Source: an uncultured Bacilli bacterium (GTDB taxonomy: Bacteria > Bacillota_I > Bacilli_A > RF39 > UBA660). Taken from it: a DNA stretch of 64,000 bases. The notes below the pieces were generated by a model. The model had not been told where the DNA came from. It searched no databases and worked only from the letters and a program-made list of their open reading frames with translations. This document shows, piece after piece, positions 41,297-50,751 of the stretch. The stretch covers positions 476 through 64,475 of the forward strand of contig CATBQD010000009.1 of assembly GCA_949505625.1 (NCBI GenBank), in the 5' to 3' direction. Numbering within the stretch: the first letter of the stretch is position 1; the number at the start of each line of letters is the position of its first letter. The position numbers and the translations under genes are program-made.

Positions 41297-41719
41297 ATGG
41301 AACAAATGACCAGAAGTGAACTTCGTGTAAAAATTATGACAATTTTGTATCAGATTAATATTTATGCAAAGAATAAAATTAGTTACCAAGTAGAGCATGT
41401 TATAAAAGAAGTTCTAGAAGTAGAAAATGAATTTGTGAAAGATGTTGTATATGGCGTTATTACTTATCAAAATGAAATTGATAAAATTGCCAATCAGTAT
41501 TTAAATAACTGGACGATAGATCGTTTGGGAAATACAGATCAGGCAATTTTAAGAATTGGGATTTATGAGTTACTATATACATCAACCCCAGAAATCGTAG
41601 CAATTAATGAAGCTATCGAATTAGCAAAATCTTATAGTGATGATGAGGTTCGTAAGATGATCAATGCAGTATTAGATAATGTTTATCATGACAAGGAGAA
41701 CAAGAATGAATCAAGATAA
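41297..41719 (+). CDS. nusB: Transcription antitermination factor NusB
   Basis: RSELRVKIMTILYQ...DRLGNTDQAILRIGIYELLY (NusB fold motifs). Precedes xseAB as in Bacillus. Confidence 0.85.
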   Translation: MEQMTRSELRVKIMTILYQINIYAKNKISYQVEHVIKEVLEVENEFVKDVVYGVITYQNEIDKIANQYLNNWTIDRLGNTDQAILRIGIYELLYTSTPEIVAINEAIELAKSYSDDEVRKMINAVLDNVYHDKENKNESR

Positions 41720-42971
41720 GTATTTGACAGTAAGTGCAATAACCAAATACTTGAAATTTAAATTGGATACGGATGAGCATTTAAGAACTGTATTTTTAAA
41801 GGGAGAAATATCCAATTTTAAAGCTCATACTACTGGGCATTTCTACTTTTCTTTGAAAGATGAAGGTAGTAAAATTAATGCAATTATGTTTAGTACAAAT
41901 GCAAAAAAAATAAACTTTGTTCCAACAGAAGGTATGAAAGTTTTAGTTGCTGGTAGAATTAGTGTTTATGAGGCGACTGGTGGATATCAAGTTTATGTAG
42001 AGCAGATGGAACAAGATGGCTTGGGCAGTTTATATGTAGCTTTTGAAAAATTAAAACAAGATTTGGCAAAAGAAGGCTTATTTGATTCTGCACATAAAAA
42101 ACCAATTCCTAAGATTCCAACACGTATAGGAATTGTAACGGCTCCAACAGGAGCAGCAATCAAGGATATTCTTTCAACAATAAAAAGAAGATTTCCAATT
42201 TGTGAAACTATTCTTTTTCCAGCCTTAGTACAAGGAGAAAATGCTGCTAGTGATATTGCTGCTAAAATTGATATGGCTTCTCATTATGAATTGGACACCT
42301 TAATTGTTGGAAGAGGAGGCGGTTCTATTGAGGATTTATGGCCTTTTAATGAAGAAGTTGTAGCTAGAGCGATTTATTATTCTCCTATCCCGATTATTAG
42401 TGCTGTAGGACATGAAATTGACTATACAATTAGTGATTATGTTTCTGACTTAAGAGCACCTACTCCAACAGGAGCAGCAGAAATAGCAGTTCCAAATATG
42501 ATTGATTTATTAAATCATCTTGAACAATTAAAGATTCGATTAAAAGAAAGCATTTTAAAGAAAATAAATTACAACAGACTATATTTAGATAGTCTAAAAA
42601 ACTCTTATGTTATAAAAACACCAATGGTAATGTATGAAAATAGAAAACAGAAAATAGATCTCATACATTCTAAATTAAACTCTTTAATATTACATCAATT
42701 AGAATTATCAAAAGCAAATTTAGAACATATTAAAAATAATCACATTCTTTTAAAACCACAAACAATTTATGATCCCTATCAGAAAAACTTGATACAAATT
42801 ATAGAGAAATTAGAATTGCTAAATCCATTAAGTGTTCTAAAAAGAGGATATACATTGACATATCAAAATGGACATTTATTAAAAAGTGTTTTGGATGTTA
42901 AAAATGGGCCTTTGGAATTAAGATTTCAGGATGGAACTATAATTGTAGAAAAAATAGGAACGGAGGAATAA
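41706..42971 (+). CDS. xseA: Exodeoxyribonuclease VII large subunit XseA
   Basis: MNQDKYLTVSAITKYLKFKLDTDEHLRTVFLKGEISNFKAHTTGHFYFSLKD (OB-fold N-terminus). The ATG at 41706 follows AAGGAGAA. Confidence 0.9.
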   Translation: MNQDKYLTVSAITKYLKFKLDTDEHLRTVFLKGEISNFKAHTTGHFYFSLKDEGSKINAIMFSTNAKKINFVPTEGMKVLVAGRISVYEATGGYQVYVEQMEQDGLGSLYVAFEKLKQDLAKEGLFDSAHKKPIPKIPTRIGIVTAPTGAAIKDILSTIKRRFPICETILFPALVQGENAASDIAAKIDMASHYELDTLIVGRGGGSIEDLWPFNEEVVARAIYYSPIPIISAVGHEIDYTISDYVSDLRAPTPTGAAEIAVPNMIDLLNHLEQLKIRLKESILKKINYNRLYLDSLKNSYVIKTPMVMYENRKQKIDLIHSKLNSLILHQLELSKANLEHIKNNHILLKPQTIYDPYQKNLIQIIEKLELLNPLSVLKRGYTLTYQNGHLLKSVLDVKNGPLELRFQDGTIIVEKIGTEE

Positions 42972-42972
42972 T

Positions 42973-43197
42973 ATGGCAGAAAAAGAGAAAAAGTTTGAAG
43001 AAAAAGTAAAGGAATTAGAGACGATTATTAATGAACTAGAAAACGGAAATAGTGATTTAGAAGATTCTATTAACAAATATACAAAGGCAATGAAACTCGT
43101 ACAGGAATGTGATGAAAAATTAAAGTCAATTGAAGAACAAGTTAACAAAATTGTTTTAGAAAATGGAGAATTAGAATCTTTTGAAATAGAGTCATAG
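42973..43197 (+). CDS. xseB: Exodeoxyribonuclease VII small subunit XseB
   Basis: 74-aa coiled-coil. ELETIINELENGNSDLEDSINKYTKAMKL. Directly downstream of xseA. Confidence 0.85.
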   Translation: MAEKEKKFEEKVKELETIINELENGNSDLEDSINKYTKAMKLVQECDEKLKSIEEQVNKIVLENGELESFEIES

Positions 43198-43295
43198 TTG
43201 TTTAAAAATACCATTTTGGTATTTTTTTGTATTCATAATAAACTATATTTTTTTCATAATAAAAATGTAGTCTGTAGAGTGAGGAGAGATTTAAA

Positions 43296-44294
43296 ATGTT
43301 TTTTAAAAAAATTAAAAAATCGTTCCTTTTACTTCTTCTTTCATTATATATCATTCCAATAAATGTCTTTGCTTATTCAGATTATTTGTTTGCTGGGGGA
43401 GAAAATATCGGAATTGAAATTAATTCTAAAGGTGTGATGATTGTTGGACTGTATCAGGTAGAAAACAAGTATCCAGCAACGGAAGCAGGACTTAAAATTG
43501 GAGACATGATTACAACTATTGAGGGAGAACCAGTTTCATCTGTAGAAGAAATGATACAAAAAATAAATACGAGTAAAAAGGATGGAACTATTCAGATTGG
43601 CTATATAAGAGAAAATACACAAAAAGAGGCAAATTTAAAATTGTATAAAGATGAAACTGGTGCATACAAAACAGGTCTTTATGTCAAGGATAGTATTACA
43701 GGTATTGGAACTTTAACATTTATAGATCCAGAAACTAATATTTTTGGTGCTTTAGGACATGAAATTATTGAAAAATCTACTGGAAAAATTCTAGAAATTA
43801 AAGATGGAAAAATATTTGAATCAAATGTTACTAATATTACGCCAAGTAAAGATGGGATTCCAGGAGAAAAAAATGCAGAATTTTATTATGAAAAAGTAAA
43901 TGGTACAATTAGTGAAAATACAGCGCAAGGAATTTTTGGAACCTATACTGGAAAGTTTGATGGAAAAACAAAATATAAAGTTGCGAAACCAGACGAGATA
44001 AAGAAGGGAACAGCAAAAATATTAACAGTACTAGAAGATCAAACGATTAAAGAGTATACGATATCTATTACAAAAATTGATAAAAATTCCAAACAAAAAA
44101 CGAAAAATATAGTATTTGAAATTACAGATCAAGAATTGTTGGATAAAACTGGAGGTATTGTTCAAGGAATGAGTGGTTCTCCTATTATTCAAGGAGAGTT
44201 TATTATTGGTGCTGTTACTCATGTTGTTGTTGACAATCCACATAAAGGATATGGTATTTTTATTACAAATATGTTAGAAGAAGCAGAAGATTGA
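43296..44294 (+). CDS. spoIVB: Stage IV sporulation protein B (SpoIVB, S55 peptidase)
   Basis: Signal/TM, a PDZ domain, and catalytic region motifs GIGTLTFIDPETNIFGALGHEI and GIVQGMSGSPIIQGEFIIGAVTHVVVDNPHKGYGIFI. Confidence 0.85.
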   Translation: MFFKKIKKSFLLLLLSLYIIPINVFAYSDYLFAGGENIGIEINSKGVMIVGLYQVENKYPATEAGLKIGDMITTIEGEPVSSVEEMIQKINTSKKDGTIQIGYIRENTQKEANLKLYKDETGAYKTGLYVKDSITGIGTLTFIDPETNIFGALGHEIIEKSTGKILEIKDGKIFESNVTNITPSKDGIPGEKNAEFYYEKVNGTISENTAQGIFGTYTGKFDGKTKYKVAKPDEIKKGTAKILTVLEDQTIKEYTISITKIDKNSKQKTKNIVFEITDQELLDKTGGIVQGMSGSPIIQGEFIIGAVTHVVVDNPHKGYGIFITNMLEEAED

Positions 44295-44295
44295 G

Positions 44296-44326
44296 AAGAA
44301 GCAAAGTAGGCTTCTTTTTGCTTGAG
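44296..44326 (+). terminator. Terminator after spoIVB
   Basis: AAGAAGC AAAGTAG GCTTCTT followed by TTTGCTTG. Confidence 0.45.
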
Positions 44327-44586
44327 AAAAAACGAAATTTATATTATAATTTAAATAGAGATAGAGTTGGATATTTCTAAGTAACAGTTGATTATAAAAT
44401 CATTTATGCTAGAAAACTTTGTCTTTTGATCTATTTTTATACTTAAATTCTCATTGTTAAATTTCAATCAAAAAGGAGATTTTCTTTATAAAATAGAAGT
44501 AGCCATTATTTTTTATGTTTGATTAAATTTGACAATATATAGGAATTAAGAAATTTTGAAAGAATATGTAGAAAGGAAAAGAAGTA

Positions 44587-44988
44587 ATGTTAAAAGAATT
44601 TAAAGAATTTATTTCAAGAGGAAATGTTCTTGATATGGCAGTTGGAGTTATTATTGGAGGAGCTTTTGGAAAAATTGTGACATCTGTTGTAAATGATTTA
44701 TTAATGCCACTAATTGGTATTGTATTAGGTGGTTTGAATTTTTCTAATTTATCTTTTAAAATTGGTTCTGCTGAAATCCTATATGGAACATTTATTCAAA
44801 ATGTAGTAGACTTTCTAATAGTAGCAGCATGTATATTTCTTCTAATGAAAATTGTTAATAGATTAACACACAAAGAAAAGAAAAAAGAAGTCAAAGAGAC
44901 TCCAGTAAAACCTGCTGACATTATATTGTTAGAAGAAATTAGAGATTTATTAAAAGAAAAGAAAAAATTAAAGAAAACAGCGAAATAA
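44587..44988 (+). CDS. mscL: Large-conductance mechanosensitive channel MscL
   Basis: [44 protein letters not shown] is the canonical MscL N-terminus and TM1. Confidence 0.9.
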   Translation: MLKEFKEFISRGNVLDMAVGVIIGGAFGKIVTSVVNDLLMPLIGIVLGGLNFSNLSFKIGSAEILYGTFIQNVVDFLIVAACIFLLMKIVNRLTHKEKKKEVKETPVKPADIILLEEIRDLLKEKKKLKKTAK

Positions 44989-45011
44989 TCGCTGTTTTTT
45001 TATATAAATAA
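44979..45011 (+). terminator. Terminator after mscL (stop codon in the loop)
   Basis: ACAGCGA AATAA TCGCTGT followed by TTTTTTT. Confidence 0.55.
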
Positions 45012-45210
45012 TAAAGAAGATATATACATTGCTATAGTGGCAATTAATAAAAGGATAACTCCAATTTTTTTAAAATTAATATTAATTTGTTTTTTAGTTT
45101 TATTTTTTTTGCTTGTCATGAAATCACCTCATATATGTATTATAATATATTTTTTTCATTTTTGGAATATCTTTTTTTTGTTTTCATATGCTTAACTGAG
45201 GTGGAAACTA

Positions 45211-45839
45211 TGAAGAAAGAAATGGACAAGTTAAAAAGTAGAATTAAAACTAGTAAAAAGTTCACCATATTTTTCGTTGTATTATTGTTAGTTGGAGTTG
45301 TGTCAGGAACACTATTTATTACACTTTTATCATCAGCTGATAAATCTTTAGTAAAAGAATATTTGAATTCCTATATGACTCATATTGAAAAAAATAAAAT
45401 AAATTATTTGCCTATTTTTTGTAATTCTTTTTTGAAAGAATTTTTAATGTCTGGAATTATTTGGTTGTTAGGGATTTCTGTTGTAGGGATTCCTATAATT
45501 TTATTTCTATTTTTTAAAGAAGCTTTTGTATTGGGTTTTTCTATAGGCAGTATGTTATTTGTCTATAAAGGAAAGGGATTATTATATGCATTTTTTTATA
45601 TTTTCCCTTGTCAGATTTTAAATATTATTTCTTATGGTCTTTTATTAATGTATGCACTTTCTGTTTCTGTTAAAATGATAGAATCGGTATTTAAACATAA
45701 AACGATTGATTTTAAAACAATTATGAACAAATATTCTAAAGTATTAGGTATTATATTAATTTTATTTTTTATAAGTGCATTGCTTGAAACATTTTTGATT
45801 CCTAATGTTTTAAAATGGATTCTGTCAATTTTAAAATAA
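45211..45839 (+). CDS. spoIIM: Stage II sporulation protein M (SpoIIM)
   Basis: Five-TM protein. The pattern LVGVVSGTLFITLLSS...WLLGISVVGIPIILFLFFKEAFVLGFSIG matches SpoIIM (FLMGVIFGAIIVNSL...WFLGISIIGLPLIFILLFLKGVVIGF). The ATG at 45211 follows GAGGTGG. Confidence 0.7.
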
Positions 45840-45886
45840 ATACAAAAAAAATAAAGATTAATGGTATAATATATTTGGTGATTTTT

Positions 45887-46996
45887 ATGGAAAAAGTAGT
45901 GATTGGTATGAGTGGAGGTGTAGATAGTAGCGTAGCTGCAATCTTATTAAAGCAACAAGGATATGAGGTTATTGGCTTATTTATGAGAAATTGGGATGCA
46001 GCTTTAAATAATGATATATTGGGGAACCCTACTTTAGGAGAAAATATTTGCCCACAAGAACAGGATTATAATGATGCTTTAAAAGTATGCGAGCAGATTG
46101 GGGTTCCATTACATCGTATTGATTTTGTGAAGGAATACTGGGATTATGTGTTTACCTACTTTTTAGAAGAATTGAAACTAGGTAGAACGCCTAATCCAGA
46201 TATTATGTGCAATAAATATATTAAATTTGATATGTTTGTAAAAGAAGCAGAAAAATTAGGGGCAGATTATATTGCAACAGGACATTATGCTAGAATTCAA
46301 AACGGAAAATTAATGAAAGCGATAGATTATAGTAAAGATCAAACGTATTTTTTATCACAATTGTCAAAAAAACAGCTTTCTAATGTGCTTTTTCCACTTG
46401 GTGAATTAGAGAAAAAAGAGGTCCGTAAGATTGCAGATAAGTATGGTTTAGTAACTGCTACAAAAAAGGATTCTACAGGAATATGTTTCATTGGAGAACG
46501 TAATTTTGTAAAATTTCTTGAAAATTATTTGCCAAATATTCCTGGTGATATTATAGATATTGAAACAAATGAAGTAATTGGAAAACATATTGGTTTAATG
46601 TATTACACTATTGGTCAGAGAAAAGGTCTCAATTTAGGAGGCAATGATGATCGGATATTTGTTGTTGGAAAGGATTTATCAAAGAGAATCTTATATGTTG
46701 CTCATAAGGATGATAACCCTTATCTTTTTAGCGATAGTGCATTGATCGATACAATTAATTGGATATGTGATAAAAAACCACGAAATTGTTTTGCAAAGTT
46801 TCGCTATCGTCAAAATGATAATCCAGTGGAAATGGAATACCTTGATGATAACCATATTTTAGTGAAATATCCACAGGGAGTAAAAGCAGTTACTCCGGGA
46901 CAAGCTTGTGTTTTTTATAATGAAAAAGAAGAATGTCTTGGTGGTGGATTGATTAAAGAAGTAAGAAAAGAAGGGAAGAAGCTTTGGTATTTATAA
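45887..46996 (+). CDS. mnmA: tRNA-specific 2-thiouridylase MnmA
   Basis: PP-loop VVIGMSGGVDSSVAAILL. Conserved Cys residues. The likely start is M at 45887 (MEKVVIG). Confidence 0.9.
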   Translation: MEKVVIGMSGGVDSSVAAILLKQQGYEVIGLFMRNWDAALNNDILGNPTLGENICPQEQDYNDALKVCEQIGVPLHRIDFVKEYWDYVFTYFLEELKLGRTPNPDIMCNKYIKFDMFVKEAEKLGADYIATGHYARIQNGKLMKAIDYSKDQTYFLSQLSKKQLSNVLFPLGELEKKEVRKIADKYGLVTATKKDSTGICFIGERNFVKFLENYLPNIPGDIIDIETNEVIGKHIGLMYYTIGQRKGLNLGGNDDRIFVVGKDLSKRILYVAHKDDNPYLFSDSALIDTINWICDKKPRNCFAKFRYRQNDNPVEMEYLDDNHILVKYPQGVKAVTPGQACVFYNEKEECLGGGLIKEVRKEGKKLWYL

Positions 46997-47107
46997 AGTA
47001 GAGTAGGAGATTGTCATTTTCTCTACTCTTTTTTTCTTTCTAGACTTTTTGTTTACACTTGACATTTGACATAAAAGTGATAGAATGATAATAGGAGGGT
47101 TGATATA

Positions 47108-47890
47108 ATGAACCGATTGAATGAAATCTTACATGAGTTAGGAATATCAAAGGTGAAGTTAGCTAAATTCTTAGGAGTTTCCAGGCAAATGATCTATAAT
47201 TATTTGGAGTTAGATGATATTAATAAATGGCCAAAAGATAAAAAAGTATTATTATTAAATTTACTTGGAATTAAATCCCCAGAAGAATTAGAAAATATAA
47301 AAGTAGATACAGATTATATTATGGATGTAGAGGCTAGAATTAACAATTTATTTGAAAATACTCAAAAAAATATTGCAAACGAAACAAATTCAATCTATAA
47401 CGGATTGAATAAAAGACAAAAAGAAGTTATGGTAAATATTGTTGATTTGATGAAAGAACGTTTAGAAGATGACAAGGATGATGAAGCATATTATACTTTT
47501 AAATATTTATATCATTTTTTGCAGTCTTTAGATACATCAAAAGAATTAAAATATGTTTTAGCATATGTTGCGAAAGCAACTGGATTTGTAAAACCTTTAG
47601 AATTTGTATTTGAAGAAAATGAACAATTTATTTTTGAGAGTATCTTGTTTTCTGCTTTCACATTATATAATGGGGGAGGGGCCTCAAAAACAAAAATTGC
47701 TGAAACTCATAGACGTTTTGTTGCTCAGATTGAACACAAGAATGAGGAAAGAATGAGCCGTACTTTAGAGTTAAATACAATTAAAGTACAAGCTTTGAAA
47801 GAACTTGGATATACAGAGATTAACGAGAAAAATGCAGCAGAGATCTTTGAAAAGATTGCTGAAATTCAATCAAGAAAAGTTGGACAATAA
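47108..47890 (+). CDS. HTH (XRE-like) domain protein, unknown function
   Basis: N-terminal HTH LHELGISKVKLAKFLGVSRQMIYNYLE. The rest is unassigned. Confidence 0.5.
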   Translation: MNRLNEILHELGISKVKLAKFLGVSRQMIYNYLELDDINKWPKDKKVLLLNLLGIKSPEELENIKVDTDYIMDVEARINNLFENTQKNIANETNSIYNGLNKRQKEVMVNIVDLMKERLEDDKDDEAYYTFKYLYHFLQSLDTSKELKYVLAYVAKATGFVKPLEFVFEENEQFIFESILFSAFTLYNGGGASKTKIAETHRRFVAQIEHKNEERMSRTLELNTIKVQALKELGYTEINEKNAAEIFEKIAEIQSRKVGQ

Positions 47891-47892
47891 GT

Positions 47893-47920
47893 ACTACATT
47901 TTGTAGTATTTTTTTGTTGC
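47893..47920 (+). terminator. Terminator after the HTH gene
   Basis: TACTACA TTT TGTAGTA followed by TTTTTTTGTTG. Confidence 0.45.
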
Positions 47921-48229
47921 ACTTCCCCTACTTTATTTTTAAGATTTAAAAGTAGAGTAGTATAAGGTAAATTCTAAGACCAAAAACTTTTAAAAGATGA
48001 TTAATTATATATCTAAGATGCTTAAAATAAAGCTAAGTAGATAATTAATTGATAAAAAGAATCTTATGAATAATAGTGTGATTAATGATTCATTATAATA
48101 TTATAAAGTTAAAAAATAATTATAAGTTAATAATTAGATGATATATTTTATATGATAATAGTATTTGTTTTAACCATATAAAATATACTTATCTTAGTAT
48201 TATTTATAGTTTTAAATCCATATGTTTAA

Positions 48230-48257
48230 CTTTCTATAATGTATAGAATTTTAAGTT
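48230..48257. other. Hybrid dif-like site (left arm and central region identical to the dif site at 56618; right arm divergent). Putative IMEX attL.
   Basis: ACTTTCTATAA TGTATA GAATTTTAAGT. The first 17 bp are identical to the 56618 site. The right arm matches 7/11. Confidence 0.6.
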
Positions 48258-48307
48258 TATGATTAGAGAATTTGTTTCAATATTGCAAAAAAAAGGAGTG
48301 CGATAAA

Positions 48308-48454
48308 ATGATGAAAGAATATTTAGATTATTTATATTATAATGATCTTTGTGAACATTCTGGAGAAATAAAACCTTTTCCATTTTTAAAAATATTCGTT
48401 TTTGGCGGTATAATTGGTTTGACTTGTATCTTGTTTAAAAATAGATATTTATAA
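48308..48454 (+). CDS. Small membrane peptide (48 aa)
   Basis: MMKEYLDYLYYNDLCEHSGEIKPFPFLKIFVFGGIIGLTCILF. AAAGGAG lies 8 nt upstream of the ATG at 48308. Confidence 0.35.
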   Translation: MMKEYLDYLYYNDLCEHSGEIKPFPFLKIFVFGGIIGLTCILFKNRYL

Positions 48455-48487
48455 TGTATAGTAATTAAGAAAATTGGTGTAAAAAAA

Positions 48488-48718
48488 ATGAAGGAATTTG
48501 GTATTGAAAATTTAGGTGGATTAATTATAAATGCAAATGAATTACTTTTACAAACTTATATTGAAACTAGACCTAAAATAATTAAAAGAAAGTTACGATT
48601 TTTAGGCAAATATAGAAATAGAAAAGTGATTATTTATAATCCTTTTCATGACTTTTTAGGATTGCAATTACAAATGAATAATTTATGCATTCGTCATTTT
48701 ATAAAAAGAGTAAAATAG
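48488..48718 (+). CDS. Hypothetical small basic protein
   Basis: 76-codon ORF. No motif. Confidence 0.3.
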   Translation: MKEFGIENLGGLIINANELLLQTYIETRPKIIKRKLRFLGKYRNRKVIIYNPFHDFLGLQLQMNNLCIRHFIKRVK

Positions 48719-48740
48719 CTTTACTCTTTTTAATTTAAAA

Positions 48741-48808
48741 TTACAAAATAAGGCTATTGCGTTTTGTGTATGCACAAAACGTTTTCCCCCTATAGGCTTA
48801 TTTTGTAA
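48741..48808. repeat. Long imperfect palindrome (stem-loop/cruciform)
   Basis: TTACAAAATAAGGCTAT..ATAGGCTTATTTTGTAA (16/17 pairing) enclosing CGTTTTGTG tatg CACAAAACG (9/9). There is an asymmetric TTTTCCCCCT bulge. Confidence 0.7.
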
Positions 48809-49031
48809 TAATATTAATATATATAATTAAAAATAATATGTAAGAAAGTTAAGACTAACTTTCTTACATAACATCTTTGTCATTAGAGCTCCCATAAAAA
48901 AAGTGTGTCTCCCCCTCGAAAAAAACTCTTTTAATAGGTGTAGAAGTGATAAGCTTACTTTAGCGAAAGCGTTACTTCATTGCATAATGAAAATTTCTAT
49001 TTGTCCCCAAATTTTTATGCCGCGAAAGTTA

Positions 49032-49061
49032 TTGACTTTTTGTTGAGCCATTTGGTAAAAT
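49032..49061 (+). promoter_or_regulatory. Strong sigma-A-type promoter inside the IR-bounded segment
   Basis: TTGACT - 18 nt - TGGTAAAAT (extended -10), then AAGGAGAG. Only a 5-22 codon ORF follows, then a hairpin AGAGGA..TCCTCT + TTCTCAATTTT. Confidence 0.5.
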
Positions 49062-49258
49062 AAGGAGAGTTAAATTGAATGAGAGAGGAGAGTTAGTCCT
49101 CTTTCTCAATTTTACAAGTAGAATCGCTAGTTTTTATTACTGAATAATTAGCAAGAGATAGTATATAAGCGATTTCTAAAGTCATAAATTTAATAGGAAA
49201 GGTTATCCATCTTTGATAATTCATAAATTCATCTCCTTTCAATAAAAAAATCGAAGTG

Positions 49259-49468
49259 TTAAGAAAAGTCGGAATTATCTTTGAAATTATAAACGAGATT
49301 GAACACTCCATCTTCATAACGATAAACTGGAATCCAATTATCTTCTCCGACTTTTCGAAATTTCATCGCCTCGAATTCGATTGCAAAATCTCGGGCTTCT
49401 TCAAACGTTTCGAATTTCTTAGTTAAAATAATAAATCCGAGGCGTTCAAAATAAAATTCATATTCCAT
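49259..49468 (-). CDS. Small acidic protein (69 aa) inside the IR-bounded segment
   Basis: MEYEFYFERLGFIILTKKFETFEEARDFAIEFEAMKFRKVGEDNWIPVYRYEDGVFNLVYNFKDNSDFS. GGAGG lies 8 nt upstream of the ATG on the minus strand. The longer 138-aa ORF-track version starts inside the right IR. Confidence 0.45.
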   Translation of the reverse strand: MEYEFYFERLGFIILTKKFETFEEARDFAIEFEAMKFRKVGEDNWIPVYRYEDGVFNLVYNFKDNSDFS

Positions 49469-49809
49469 GTGAAATACCTCCTCTCTAGTTCTAAAAAGAA
49501 CAAAGTTCGAAGACCAAATTACGAAAAAAAAGTCAATAAACCGTGGAATAAAAACCCTATTTAAAATAGAAATTTGCATTATAACTAGCCCGATATTTAA
49601 AAACAATTTCGCCCTTAGCTTGTAATCACTTCTGCAGGAACCTGTTTCAAAGAGTTTTTTTCGAGGGGGAGACACACTTTTTTAATTAAGCGAGATTACA
49701 CAACTAATCTTACTTTTTTATTATTTTTAATCGAAAAAAATACCGTTACAATCAACGATATTTTTATTTTAAGTTCATAAGTCTAACTAAGTTATAGATT
49801 ATAATTTGA

Positions 49810-50025
49810 TTAAATTATAAAATTAAAAATTGTATATAAAATCATTCCAATTAAAGAACCCCATATAGTGAATCCACAAGCAATTACAATTCCTTCAGAA
49901 ATAGTTATTGTTGTTTCTTTTTTAAATTCACAACATTTTTGCTTATTGTCCCAAAATTCACATTCAGAATTGCATTTGTTTTTTTCTTCTTTAGTAGAAA
50001 TGAAAGGACAAAATTTTTCATCCAT
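49810..50025 (-). CDS. Cys-rich small membrane protein (7 Cys + C-terminal TM)
   Basis: MDEKFCPFISTKEEKNKCNSECEFWDNKQKCCEFKK...IVIACGFTIWGSLIGMILYTIFNFII. Confidence 0.45.
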   Translation of the reverse strand: MDEKFCPFISTKEEKNKCNSECEFWDNKQKCCEFKKETTITISEGIVIACGFTIWGSLIGMILYTIFNFII

Positions 50026-50078
50026 ATAAAATCATACTCCTTTATATATATCTTTTCTTTCTAAATCCATCACTTTTG

Positions 50079-50300
50079 TTATTTTTTAGGATAAGGTTCT
50101 TTTTTATCTGTTAACCCAATAATATAATCGACTGATGTTTCGTATAAATAAGATAACTTTACAAGTAAATCTATAGGTATAAGTCTTTTATTTAATTCGT
50201 ACATACTATAGTGCTGTTGTGATATTCCTAAAAATTCTGCTATTTGTATTTGTGACTTATCTTTTCTTTCTCTTAGTTCTTTTAATCTTTTTATTTTCAT
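50079..50300 (-). CDS. XRE-family (Cro/cI-type) HTH repressor of the prophage
   Basis: KDKSQIQIAEFLGISQQHYSMYELNKRLIPIDLLVKLSYLYETSVDYIIG. Divergent from the phage structural/replication genes. Confidence 0.75.
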   Translation of the reverse strand: MKIKRLKELRERKDKSQIQIAEFLGISQQHYSMYELNKRLIPIDLLVKLSYLYETSVDYIIGLTDKKEPYPKK

Positions 50301-50426
50301 AAATTATCTTTCCTTTATTACATTTTCTCATACATACAAAAATATGTATTGACATCACATACGTTTGTATGTTATATTATTTTTAGATACATATAAATAT
50401 ATGTATGAAGAAAGGAAAGATGAAAA
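50301..50426. promoter_or_regulatory. Prophage genetic switch: divergent promoters with three palindromic operators (half-site ACATAC)
   Basis: ATACAAAAATATGTAT (50334..50349). TTGACA (50349) - 18 nt - TATATT (50373), with ACATACGTTTGTATGT (50357..50372) in the spacer. ATACATATAAATATATGTAT (50388..50407). Confidence 0.55.
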
Positions 50427-50750
50427 GTGAAAAATGAAATTATAAAGATGAATGGTTGTATATTGTATGCTGATTTAATGAATATGACAAATAAAGATAC
50501 TGGAGAAGTAACACAAATGACAAAAATTGTTTATACAGTTGATTTGGAAGACACAGATAAGCATGTCGGAGTAGGAATGCTTGAATGTTATTTGCCAGGC
50601 AATAAACTTAATGTTTTAAATCAATTTACAAAAAGAATTGAATTACAAGGTAAACAATATATGCAAGTGTGTAGTTTAGAGTTTGAAACTAGACTTATCA
50701 AAAATGGTCAAAAATTATACATTAAGAAAATTAATAATTCTTTAATATAA
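50427..50750 (+). CDS. Phage protein, possible ssDNA-binding protein (gV analogue) by size and position
   Basis: 107 aa. First gene of the rightward operon. No diagnostic motif. Confidence 0.3.
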   Translation: MKNEIIKMNGCILYADLMNMTNKDTGEVTQMTKIVYTVDLEDTDKHVGVGMLECYLPGNKLNVLNQFTKRIELQGKQYMQVCSLEFETRLIKNGQKLYIKKINNSLI

Positions 50751-50751
50751 A

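Larger units (their letters stand above)
48897..49683. repeat. 0.72-kb segment bounded by perfect ~35-bp inverted repeats
   Basis: Left AAAGTGTGTCTCCCCCTCGAAAAAAACTCTTT (48897..48932) is the exact reverse complement of right AAAGAGTTTTTTTCGAGGGGGAGACACACTTT (49649..49683). Confidence 0.85.

Noticed and set aside
37181-44243. Minus-strand ORFs 37181..37444 (in mutS), 39453..39761, 40651..40839, 42918..43214 and 44031..44243
   Set aside because: They are antisense to coding frames. In particular 40651..40839 is antisense to the frameshifted continuation of the 38981 gene, where the plus strand looks far more protein-like.
48226-48250. The 19-bp direct repeat TAACTTTCTATAATGTATA read as a duplicated promoter (-10 TATAAT)
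   Set aside because: The right-hand copy extends to a full 28-bp dif-like site with both arms, and no plus-strand gene follows it. A dif / pseudo-dif pair explains both copies better. The left copy could additionally serve as the -10 element for the 48308 small gene.
49093-49675. Minus-strand ORFs 49093..49317 (74 aa) and the 138-aa version of 49259..49675
   Set aside because: The long version starts inside the right inverted repeat and reads through IR sequence. A 69-aa product starting at the RBS-preceded ATG at 49468 is more plausible. The 74-aa ORF has no RBS and a hydrophobic low-complexity translation.
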